DNA from: Nitrospinota bacterium
GTDB lineage: Bacteria; Nitrospinota; Nitrospinia; Nitrospinales; VA-1
Length of the DNA: 15,406 nucleotides
Assembly: GCA_038108555.1 (NCBI GenBank)
Contig: JAYNIA010000047.1
Coordinates: 1-15,406 of the forward strand
Direction: 5' to 3'
Under the pieces are notes generated by a model that was given only the letters and a program-made list of their open reading frames with translations, had not been told where the DNA came from and did not search any database. Shown here piece after piece: positions 8,136 through 15,406 of this stretch; the stretch's first letter is position 1, and every line of letters starts with the position of its first letter. Made by a program: the position numbers and the translations under genes.

Positions 8136-9269
8136 TCAAGATTCAGAAAAAGTGGTGATCGACATGGTTTGGTTATGGAGCCGGTGAAAGTTTAGTTTGC
8201 CAAAGGGTGCAATTTCTCCGTAGGAATAAAATCCGGTCAGCCGGGTTGAAGGGCTCAAAACATCACGGACAATTTCAATTTCTTCTTCCACTCTTTGTTT
8301 CATTACAATTTTTCTTCCGATGCAACTGATCAGAATAGCGAGTTCCGGATTTTGATTTCCATGGACGGTGCAGTCCTGGGCTGCTTCCTCTGCTCCGGAT
8401 ACGAGATTGTCAACGTTGGTCTTCATCAACCGGGCAGAGCTTCCCTGTTCGATATCTCCTGCAAAAGTTATGCTGCCAACCTTCTCGTCAAACCCAATAA
8501 TGGTTCTTACGATACCTTCATTCATGGATTTGTCTTTTAACCAGAGGGGAAAGTAAAAGCACTGCACCGAAAAATCTTTGATTTTATCCCCCAAATATTT
8601 TTTATAAAGATCAAATGCCGGTTCACCATCTAGTTCGAAAAGGATATTGCGTTCTGAGGGGGTAATGACCCGTTCCGGTCCGAATGGCGTGAAACCACTT
8701 TTGGATCCATGCCCCAGTTTCAAATGAGATCCATAAAAACCAATGGCAACGATATTTTTGTTTGCCGGCACATCATTAAAAGCAACTAGAGTTTCAACAA
8801 ATTTTCCCCCATCGGCTGCAAGACCTCCCGTGACTTGGACATCCTTTGGCAGGTGTTTGGACATCCCGCTTATTAATTCCGTTCCATTGGTATTCAATCC
8901 ATCCGCAAGAACAAAAATATGCCTGAGATTTTCCTGTGGAAGTGATTTTACAAGTTCTTCTCCAATGGGAAAACTGTTTTCGTTATTAATATTTTTATGG
9001 GTGAAGGATAGAGTTGTTCTTTCAAAAAAAATTGCGGTCACGGAAAGAGAATTTTCCCGAACATGAGCCCCGCAAATTTCCCCGGCGGAAGAACTGCCCA
9101 GAATATAGGCTTCCGGGTAAGATTGCCGGATTTCTTCGAAAAGGTATTTGTTCTGAAAATTATTGGGGGAGGCGAACAATAAAACAAGCTGGGCATTTTT
9201 CAATCCTTTTTCTTCCGTTTCAAAGACCCAACCCTCCCTTTCGCTCCAATATTTCTGTTCAATTTTCAT
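8136..9269 (-). CDS. FIST N/C domain signal-transduction protein (NosP-like)
   Basis: Motifs GSSSAGEI, VLADGL, GGLAADG, FGPERVIT, LFELDGEPA, ISCIGRK, GFYSYGEI and LHNQTM are characteristic of FIST_N plus FIST_C. Ends 4 nt upstream of the kinase start. Confidence 0.92.
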   Translation of the reverse strand: MKIEQKYWSEREGWVFETEEKGLKNAQLVLLFASPNNFQNKYLFEEIRQSYPEAYILGSSSAGEICGAHVRENSLSVTAIFFERTTLSFTHKNINNENSFPIGEELVKSLPQENLRHIFVLADGLNTNGTELISGMSKHLPKDVQVTGGLAADGGKFVETLVAFNDVPANKNIVAIGFYGSHLKLGHGSKSGFTPFGPERVITPSERNILFELDGEPAFDLYKKYLGDKIKDFSVQCFYFPLWLKDKSMNEGIVRTIIGFDEKVGSITFAGDIEQGSSARLMKTNVDNLVSGAEEAAQDCTVHGNQNPELAILISCIGRKIVMKQRVEEEIEIVRDVLSPSTRLTGFYSYGEIAPFGKLNFHRLHNQTMSITTFSES

Positions 9270-9517
9270 TTTGGAAATAGCTTGGTAAGGTTAAAAAATC
9301 TGGAGCACCCTGTAAATGTTAAGATGCATTTTCCTTATGTATAATTCCCATTTTGATTCTTTTCGTCAATAGATTTATTGGTAAAAAAATCATGGATGGT
9401 TTTATATAAATTCTTGCTTTTCAAGTCTTTATCCTTCTTCCTATAGTAGAGTTAAAAAGGCGGGTCTAAGTGTAGGATATTTAGGAATTAAAATTCGAGA
9501 GCGGATCATCATTTGTT

Positions 9518-9547
9518 TTGACAGGTTTATTGCAATTATGCTAAAAA
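9518..9547 (+). promoter_or_regulatory. Putative sigma70 promoter for dnaN
   Basis: Perfect TTGACA at 9518-9523, 18-bp spacer, TG-c-TAAAAA (9542-9547). RBS AGAGGAG at about 9583-9589. The -10 element is imperfect. Confidence 0.4.
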
Positions 9548-9593
9548 TCTTCAAGTCCGAAATCGGGCGCAATGCTGTTATTAGAGGAGTTAC

Positions 9594-10697
9594 ATGGAAG
9601 TAAGAATAAGCCGGGATGTGCTCCTGAACGCCGTCCACAAAGTTCAGGGAATAGTCGAACCCAAAGGGGCGATGCCCATTCTTTCCCACCTGCACCTTTC
9701 CGCTGAAAAAGATAGTATTTTTATCCGCGCTACGGATTTAGAGATAGGAACTTTGGGGAGCTATCCTGCCAATGTCACTACTGGCGGGGCTGTGACTCTC
9801 AATGCTCGGAAATTGTTCGATATTATCCGAGAGTTGCCGAACGAAGAAATCTACATAAAAAAAGAAGAGAATAATTGGATCACTTTGAAATGTGGGAAGT
9901 CCAAATTCCGACTTCCGGGCCTTCCACCTGAAGATTATCCGCCGATGCCTGAATACAGCGATAAGGTGGTTATAGAGTTTGATGGCAAAATTTTAAAGGA
10001 AATGATCCGCAAAACTTTCTTCTCAGTATCTCCTGACGAGTCCCGGCAGGCATTGAATGGTTTGTTGCTGGAAACGGAAGGAAGTAGTGCCACTTTGGTG
10101 GGTACCGATGGGCATCGACTGGCTCTAATCAGTCGTCCGGTCAAACAGGGTGATGCTAAAGAAAAAGTAAGTTTTCTGCTTCCCAAGAAAGCCTTGTCTG
10201 AACTTTTAAAGTTAATGGAAGATAATGATGAAAAGTTCGGATTCTCGTCTCATGAAAATCATTTGGCATTTATCCATGGCAAGCAGGTCATTGTCTCAAG
10301 GAAGATTGATGGCAAGTTTCCCAATTATCGCCAGGTTATTCCTACAGACAATCCCTTAAAAGCCCAGGCTAATCGGGAAGAACTGACCCATGCTTTAAAA
10401 AGGGTGGCGCTTCTTGCTGACGAAAAGTCAAAGATGGTGCGTTTTGAGATTCAAAAAGGCAACCTCACACTGGTTTCAGACAATACGGACCTGGGGGCAG
10501 CCGTTGAAGAAGTGCCTATTGAATATGATGGTGAAGAGGTTTCGATTGGATTGAATGCTAAATACGTTCTTGATATTTTGAATGTATTGGATGTTGAAGT
10601 GGTGACCCTCAACCTTAAAGATCAAAATCATTCCTGCCTGTTTACTTCTGTAAACGACGATCAATACAAAAGCATTGTAATGCCAATGCGCCTGTAG
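9594..10697 (+). CDS. dnaN: DNA polymerase III subunit beta (sliding clamp)
   Basis: 367 aa. Motifs MPILSH, ATDLEI, ARKLFDIIRELP, GTDGHRLA, GKFPNYRQVIP, IGLNAKYVLD and C-terminal VMPMRL. Confidence 0.97.
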   Translation: MEVRISRDVLLNAVHKVQGIVEPKGAMPILSHLHLSAEKDSIFIRATDLEIGTLGSYPANVTTGGAVTLNARKLFDIIRELPNEEIYIKKEENNWITLKCGKSKFRLPGLPPEDYPPMPEYSDKVVIEFDGKILKEMIRKTFFSVSPDESRQALNGLLLETEGSSATLVGTDGHRLALISRPVKQGDAKEKVSFLLPKKALSELLKLMEDNDEKFGFSSHENHLAFIHGKQVIVSRKIDGKFPNYRQVIPTDNPLKAQANREELTHALKRVALLADEKSKMVRFEIQKGNLTLVSDNTDLGAAVEEVPIEYDGEEVSIGLNAKYVLDILNVLDVEVVTLNLKDQNHSCLFTSVNDDQYKSIVMPMRL

Positions 10698-10715
10698 TTT
10701 TATTTTCAGGTAATT

Positions 10716-11843
10716 TTACAGATCAAAAAAAGCATCCAGCTTCTCATCACTGCGCGGGGTTTTCCCAGTGACACCTTCCCAAATTTCTTTCGTTTCCATA
10801 CAAAGATAAATACTTAATTCACTCGACTTTTCCTGTAAATAACCTCGGACAGTATCATAAGCTTTGTTTCTCAATGGACGTAAGTAACGATACTTTCCAT
10901 CTTTCCCAGGCATATGCTCGCCGGTGAATAACAGGGTTTCCGGGTGACGTGATTTTATAACGGGTTTCAGCGATGAACGGTAACGAAAGCTGCCCAAACT
11001 CACCCATTCCATTTGAGAAGCAGGAATATAATCAAAAAGGATTTCTACCAGCTCCCGGTAGGCATTTTCCCAGCCAGGAATTAATATTATTGGGTCCATA
11101 TGGAACCCGACCCGGTAACCTTTTTCTACACAAAGTCTCGCGGCATTGAGGCGATTTTCTAAACCCGGGGTTCCCTTCTCTTCAAGATTGATAACCTGTT
11201 GGGGATTGATGGACCAGGAAACAATGACATTGGTCGGGTCTGGCTGGTCCAAAAGGTTTTCAACGCGATCGGATTTGGTTTTTAATTCCAATACCGCATT
11301 TTTTTGCTTGTTGAAAAATGGAACCAGGAATTGGGTATAAGGTACCAGGGTATCAAGTGCCAGACTGTCCGTTATTTCCCCGGTTCCAACTCGAAAGGCA
11401 CGGTCAGGGAATTGAGTAAAAACTTCTTCGAGTTCCTGAAGAAGGTCTTCAATGTTTACGTAAGCCACCTGTAGCGGATTATTGCTTAAAAAATCCTGTA
11501 GGAAACAATAAGAACAATCGTAGATACAGTTTTTTGACAAGTTTACGACATAATAATTGCAACACACCATACCCGGGCTTGCCCCGGGACATTTCTTTAA
11601 AAAAGATCCGTTGAAGCGAGATAAAACCAGGTTCTTTTTTCCTTCCCCAAAGACATCCGGCGCTGAAGATTTAAACTGTTTTTCCAACTGCTCCAAACTT
11701 TGGATTTCATAAGTCGGAATGTGAGAGAGCCGGGATAGTATTTCACGGGTCAGCAAATAGTCTTTGGAATGTTCTTCCACGAAGACCGCATCTGGCTGAT
11801 ATACCTCGGCGGAGGTCTCGGAAGCTATTGTTTTATTTGGCAT
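10716..11843 (-). CDS. Spore photoproduct lyase (SplB)-like radical SAM protein
   Basis: CxxxCxxC motif NCIYDCSYCFLQ, plus GTGEITDSL, LELKTKS, VSWSINP, E.GTP.LENRL.AA, GYRVGFHMDPI, DGKYRY and YLCME. The ATG at 11843 is preferred over the track's GTG at 11879. Confidence 0.85.
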   Translation of the reverse strand: MPNKTIASETSAEVYQPDAVFVEEHSKDYLLTREILSRLSHIPTYEIQSLEQLEKQFKSSAPDVFGEGKKNLVLSRFNGSFLKKCPGASPGMVCCNYYVVNLSKNCIYDCSYCFLQDFLSNNPLQVAYVNIEDLLQELEEVFTQFPDRAFRVGTGEITDSLALDTLVPYTQFLVPFFNKQKNAVLELKTKSDRVENLLDQPDPTNVIVSWSINPQQVINLEEKGTPGLENRLNAARLCVEKGYRVGFHMDPIILIPGWENAYRELVEILFDYIPASQMEWVSLGSFRYRSSLKPVIKSRHPETLLFTGEHMPGKDGKYRYLRPLRNKAYDTVRGYLQEKSSELSIYLCMETKEIWEGVTGKTPRSDEKLDAFFDL

Positions 11844-11856
11844 TATTTTATATAAT
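11828..11856 (+). promoter_or_regulatory. Putative sigma70 promoter for the M23-mtgA-rlmI cluster, overlapping the start of the divergent SplB-like gene
   Basis: TTGTTT (11828-11833), 17-bp spacer, perfect TATAAT (11851-11856). The region is AT-rich, so a chance match is possible. Confidence 0.4.
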
Positions 11857-11922
11857 GATTTTATTTTGTGGGTCCCCACAAGGGTAACGCACCTACCTTA
11901 TCACTTAAAACAAGGAATTAAA

Positions 11923-13041
11923 ATGGACTTTCCCAACTCTCTCCAGAACCAGCAAATAGAAACAAAGAAAAAACCTTTGCCGCATTTGGGGTTTATCCTT
12001 TTATTTGCTGTCTCGGTGGGTTTAAATTTTTACCTGCTCTTTTTCGATGGAAACAGCTCGGAAGAAGTAGCCCAGGCAATTTCTATGGAAGAAGAATCCT
12101 CTCTTTTGGTGGAATCGCAGGTTGAAGGTCTTGACCTTGAAAAAAATATTCCTTTGGAAAAAATAGTTCCACCCGCTCCCAAAATTAAGCCGGTATCATT
12201 CTCCAAATCAGATGATAAAAAGTTTGGCGACAAAGTCCTACAATCTTTGGAGTTTAAAGTTCGAAATTCTCTGAATTACACCGTTTGCAAAATAATTTCC
12301 TATGAAGGCGGGTGTGCTGCATTATCTGCGCATATGGGACGATTGATGTCCTGGTTTTTTAATGTCAACAGAAGTATACGAAACGGCGATGTGATGAAAG
12401 TGGTTTATCAAAAACAGGAGGGTCCCGAACAGTTCAAAATTTTGAAACTTTCCTACAAGAGCCAGAAATTCGGCAAAACTTTTGTGGCCAATTATTTTGA
12501 TGAGCTGGATCAGCCAGGATATTTCGATTTAGAGGGTAGGGAAATCGCGATGCGAATTAAAGAGTCAGAAAGCCCTATGAGAACTTATACAGAAATCACC
12601 TCTTTACCTGGAGATTTCCGAAAAGGAGTGGGAGGCCACTCAGGTACCGACTTTAAAGCTCCTGTAGGAACTCCTGTATATTCAGGTTTTAACGGGAAGG
12701 TTACCCGGGCCAACTGGAATATTCGAGCAAATGGCTATTGTGTGGAAATCGATCATCCCAAAAAAGGTATCAAAACCCTTTATTTGCACCTGAGCCGGGT
12801 GCTGGTAAAACCGGGACAAACGATAAAAGCCGGTCAACAAATTGCCGAGTCAGGAAATACCGGTCGAACCTTTGCACCGCATTTGCATTATGAGATGCAA
12901 CATAGAAAAAACCGGGATCGGATATATAATCCCTTCAAATCCAAACACCACAGACATTACACGCGAAAAATACCGTCCAACCATCTCGCAAGTTTCAACC
13001 AGACAGTAAAGCATTACGATTCACTATTGAAGCAAAGTTGA
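11923..13041 (+). CDS. M23 family metalloendopeptidase (membrane-anchored, peptidoglycan DD-endopeptidase-like)
   Basis: Zn motifs HSGTDF (HxxxD) and PHLHYE (HxH), plus TLYLHLS and SGNTGR. N-terminal TM LGFILLFAVSVGLNFYLLFF. The ATG at 11923 with an AAGGAA RBS is preferred over the GTG at 11866. Confidence 0.9.
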   Translation: MDFPNSLQNQQIETKKKPLPHLGFILLFAVSVGLNFYLLFFDGNSSEEVAQAISMEEESSLLVESQVEGLDLEKNIPLEKIVPPAPKIKPVSFSKSDDKKFGDKVLQSLEFKVRNSLNYTVCKIISYEGGCAALSAHMGRLMSWFFNVNRSIRNGDVMKVVYQKQEGPEQFKILKLSYKSQKFGKTFVANYFDELDQPGYFDLEGREIAMRIKESESPMRTYTEITSLPGDFRKGVGGHSGTDFKAPVGTPVYSGFNGKVTRANWNIRANGYCVEIDHPKKGIKTLYLHLSRVLVKPGQTIKAGQQIAESGNTGRTFAPHLHYEMQHRKNRDRIYNPFKSKHHRHYTRKIPSNHLASFNQTVKHYDSLLKQS

Positions 13042-13101
13042 TCGCAAGGAAAACCGAAATTATTTTAGGAACCTCGATTTAATAGAAAGATCAGGGCCGC
13101 C

Positions 13102-13827
13102 TTGAAAACCCCCTTTAAGAAGAGGCGAAAACGAAGTAAGAAAAAAGCCCCGATAAAAATTCGAGTAGGACGCCTGATATTTGATATTTTCCTGTGTTTT
13201 TTAGCTCTTAGTTTTATTCCCGTTCTTGTTTTTCGATATGTAAATCCTCCCACAACCCCTTTGATGTGGATTCGCTCTTTTGAAAGCGATACAGAAATCA
13301 CGCGTCACCTGTCTTCCTGGCAATCCCTGGACAACATATCCCCAAACCTTTTAAAAGCGGTCATAGCTGCTGAAGACCAGAAATTTTTTTCCCATCATGG
13401 TTTTGATTGGATCGCAATAGAATATGCAATTACGGTGAACCTGACAACGGATAGAAAAATCGGTGCCAGTACAATATCAATGCAAACGGCTCGAAATGTT
13501 TTCCTGTGGCAGAAACGAACCTGGCTACGAAAACTTCTGGAAGGGTATTTCACCACGCTAATCGAGTTGTTCTGGGATAAGAAACGCATTCTTGAGGTAT
13601 ATTTAAACATTATTGAATGGGGAGATGGAGTTTTTGGATGCGATCAGGCCGCACGAAAATATTTTAAACACCCTCCCGCTATGCTTTCGCCGGTTGAATC
13701 TGCCTGGATGGCAGCCATCTTACCCAACCCCAGAAATTGGTCAAAACAGCCTGCCCCAGAACATGTACGGGTCCGGCAAGCAAAAATCCTAAATTCCATG
13801 ACAACGTTACGCATTCCCATCAACTGA
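13102..13827 (+). CDS. mtgA: Monofunctional biosynthetic peptidoglycan transglycosylase (GT51)
   Basis: GT51 motifs AAEDQKFFSHHGFD, GASTISMQTARN, RKLLE and KKRILEVYLNIIEWG. N-terminal basic stretch plus TM; no transpeptidase domain. The TTG start is uncertain. Confidence 0.93.
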   Translation: MKTPFKKRRKRSKKKAPIKIRVGRLIFDIFLCFLALSFIPVLVFRYVNPPTTPLMWIRSFESDTEITRHLSSWQSLDNISPNLLKAVIAAEDQKFFSHHGFDWIAIEYAITVNLTTDRKIGASTISMQTARNVFLWQKRTWLRKLLEGYFTTLIELFWDKKRILEVYLNIIEWGDGVFGCDQAARKYFKHPPAMLSPVESAWMAAILPNPRNWSKQPAPEHVRVRQAKILNSMTTLRIPIN

Positions 13828-13828
13828 A

Positions 13829-15019
13829 ATGAACAAGATCAGAATTTCCAGGACGCTGGAAGCGAAAATAAAAAAAGGGCATCCCTGGATATTTAAATAT
13901 CAATTGCAAAATCACGTGGTCAAAGATTCCGGCAGCCTTGCGGTTCTCTACGACCATAAGAACCGTTTTCTGGCGATTGGGTTGTGGGACGCGGATTCTG
14001 ACCTTTGTTTTCGTGTCCTAAATTTATTAGAGCCCGTAGAGATTGACTACGCTTTTTTCCTGGAGAGATTTCAAAAAGCACTTTCTTTAAGAAAAGGGTT
14101 GATTGATCAGGGCACAACCGGGTACCGGGTTCTCAATGGAGAAAATGATGGTTTCCCAGGACTCATTTTGGACAAGTACGACAAAACATGGGTTCTAAAA
14201 GTTTACACAAAAAGCTGGTTTGATTATTTGGATACGATCCGGGAAGTTGTTAAATCTGATAATAGTGTTGAAAAACTGGTGTTGCGGCTAGCGAGAAACA
14301 TAAATCCCTCCACCTCGGAATTCTTTGATGGAAAAGTGCTGTTTGGTTCGGACCCTGTTCATCCAGTGCAATTTCTGGAGAACAACTTAATTTTTAAGGC
14401 CGATGTTGTAAATGGACAAAAGACAGGATTTTTTCTCGATCAAAGGGACAATCGATTGCAAATTAAAAATATTTCTTCCGGTTTGTCGGTCTTGAATGTT
14501 TTCAGTTATACGGGTGGATTTTCAATTTATGCCATATCCGGAGGCTGCCGTAAGCTGGTCGAAATTGACAGCAATGCGTTGGCTTTAAAGTTTTCATCCC
14601 AAAATTTGAAATTAAATTTTCCGGACATCAGCCAGCAAGGGTTTCAACAAATCGAGGGAGATGCATTTAAAAAATTGCAGGAGTTGAAAATGGAAAATTC
14701 GCAATTCGATCTTGTGATCCTAGATCCTCCTGCATTTGCGAGAAAGAAAAAACATCGTCCCCAGGCATTGGATGCCTATTGCCGCCTGGCAGAATTAGGA
14801 GCTCAATTGGTTGCCCCTGGGGGAAGGCTATTCTCGGCATCCTGCTCGGCACATGTTTCTGTAGACGATTTTTTTAATGTAGTAAATAAAGGAGTGGCTG
14901 CTGCAAATAAAAAGCTAACGGAAATATCCAAAACCGGGCATTCGATAGATCACCCTGTCCTTTTTCCTGAATTGGAATATCTAAAGGCGGTTATGGGCTG
15001 GGTGGGGGGCAAAAAATAA
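13829..15019 (+). CDS. rlmI: RlmI-family class I SAM-dependent rRNA methyltransferase
   Basis: PUA-like GHPWIF, RVLNGENDGFPGLILDKY, GQKTGFFLDQRDNR, VLNVFSYTGGFS, FDLVILDPPAF, SASCS, DHP...PE.EYLK. Substrate specificity is inferred from the family. Confidence 0.85.
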   Translation: MNKIRISRTLEAKIKKGHPWIFKYQLQNHVVKDSGSLAVLYDHKNRFLAIGLWDADSDLCFRVLNLLEPVEIDYAFFLERFQKALSLRKGLIDQGTTGYRVLNGENDGFPGLILDKYDKTWVLKVYTKSWFDYLDTIREVVKSDNSVEKLVLRLARNINPSTSEFFDGKVLFGSDPVHPVQFLENNLIFKADVVNGQKTGFFLDQRDNRLQIKNISSGLSVLNVFSYTGGFSIYAISGGCRKLVEIDSNALALKFSSQNLKLNFPDISQQGFQQIEGDAFKKLQELKMENSQFDLVILDPPAFARKKKHRPQALDAYCRLAELGAQLVAPGGRLFSASCSAHVSVDDFFNVVNKGVAAANKKLTEISKTGHSIDHPVLFPELEYLKAVMGWVGGKK

Positions 15020-15050
15020 AGGCAACCCATTTAGAATCAATGGCTTGCCT
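15011..15050 (-). terminator. Putative rho-independent terminator for the minus-strand Lys-rich gene (possibly bidirectional)
   Basis: Minus strand reads AGGCAAGCCAT-TGATTCTAA-ATGGGTTGCCT-TTATTTTTT: an 11-bp stem with one mismatch followed by a U-rich tail. Confidence 0.7.
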
Positions 15051-15169
15051 GGGTCTCTGTGGAATAGCGGTGTTGGTTGGGCGCTGAAACGAAAAAGTTT
15101 AATACAATTGAGTTGAGAGACAGTTCACTACACCCGGCGTGAGCCGGTAAGAAATCTAAAATTTCGTTA

Positions 15170-15406
15170 CTACTTTTTAGCTTTCTTTTTTGTAGCCTTT
15201 TTCTTTGTTGCTTTTTTCTTAGTAGCTTTTTTCTTTGTAGCCTTTTTCTTAGTAGCTTTCTTTTTTGTAGCTTTTTTCTTTGTTGCTTTTTTCTTAGTAG
15301 CTTTCTTTTTTGTAGCCTTTTTCTTTGTTGCTTTTTTCTTTGTAACTTTTTTCTTAGCAGCTTTTTTCTTTGTCGCTTTTTTCTTGGCTGCTTTTTTCTT
15401 GGTTGC
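15170..15406 (-). CDS. 3' part of a histone H1-like Lys-rich repeat protein or tail (5'-truncated by the window edge)
   Basis: Open frame from 15406: ATKKK AAKKK ATKKK AAKKK VTKKK (ATKKK)x10 AKK, then TAG TAA tandem stops. Variation between units is mostly synonymous, which supports protein coding. Confidence 0.88.
   Translation of the reverse strand, partial: ATKKKAAKKKATKKKAAKKKVTKKKATKKKATKKKATKKKATKKKATKKKATKKKATKKKATKKKATKKKATKKKAKK
15182..15406. repeat. 15-bp tandem repeat, at least 15 copies, encoding [AV][TA]KKK
   Basis: Minus-strand unit consensus GCNACWAARAARAAR. The 40 nt starting at 15181 are identical to those starting at 15301, suggesting block duplication. Confidence 0.95.

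Noticed and set aside
9270..9593. oriC upstream of dnaN
   Set aside because: AT-rich, but no consensus DnaA boxes found and no dnaA adjacent. Better explained as a divergent promoter region.
11844..11922. Track starts at 11879 (-) and 11866 (+) giving overlapping divergent genes
   Set aside because: Both are GTG extensions. The ATGs at 11843 and 11923 (the latter with an RBS) leave a normal 79-bp divergent intergenic region.
140..14852. Numerous short antisense or off-frame ORFs in the track (e.g. 140-373, 1435-1827, 2728-3075, 5073-5414, 8743-9066, 9441-9695, 13065-13301)
   Set aside because: They overlap well-supported genes and show no motifs, as expected for shadow ORFs.
15182..15406. 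CRISPR array or non-coding satellite
   Set aside because: No unique spacers. The 15-bp period is a multiple of three and variation is mostly synonymous, which indicates a coding repeat.
10716..15406. Functional link between the SplB-like enzyme and the Lys-rich protein as a SASP analogue
   Set aside because: They are separated by three opposite-strand genes and a terminator, and nothing in the sequence supports co-regulation.

Overview
Bacterial chromosomal window, moderately AT-rich and densely coding, with no mobile element or CRISPR array visible. On the minus strand at the left is a tightly coupled run: a 1018-aa ArsP/DUF318-type permease fused to a seven-repeat FG-GAP propeller and an ASPIC/UnbV domain, a 58-aa Cys-rich CWC-like protein missing from the ORF track, a membrane-anchored TPR protein, a fluoride channel (crcB/fluC) with a natural TTMSTF variant, a DUF190 protein, and tRNA-Arg(UCU). 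Then come glnS (+); a FIST-domain sensor and a cytoplasmic PAS-GAF histidine kinase with no response regulator nearby (-); a dnaN with no adjacent dnaA, recF or gyrB (+); an SplB-like radical SAM protein that appears to lack the H-donor Cys (-); an M23 peptidase, mtgA and RlmI-family methyltransferase cluster (+); and the 3' end of a histone H1-like (ATKKK)n protein with a possibly structured 3' region and a terminator (-). The best candidate for an undescribed system is the permease-propeller fusion operon with its CWC, TPR, Fluc and DUF190 genes. All family calls come from recognising motifs by eye; no database search was run.
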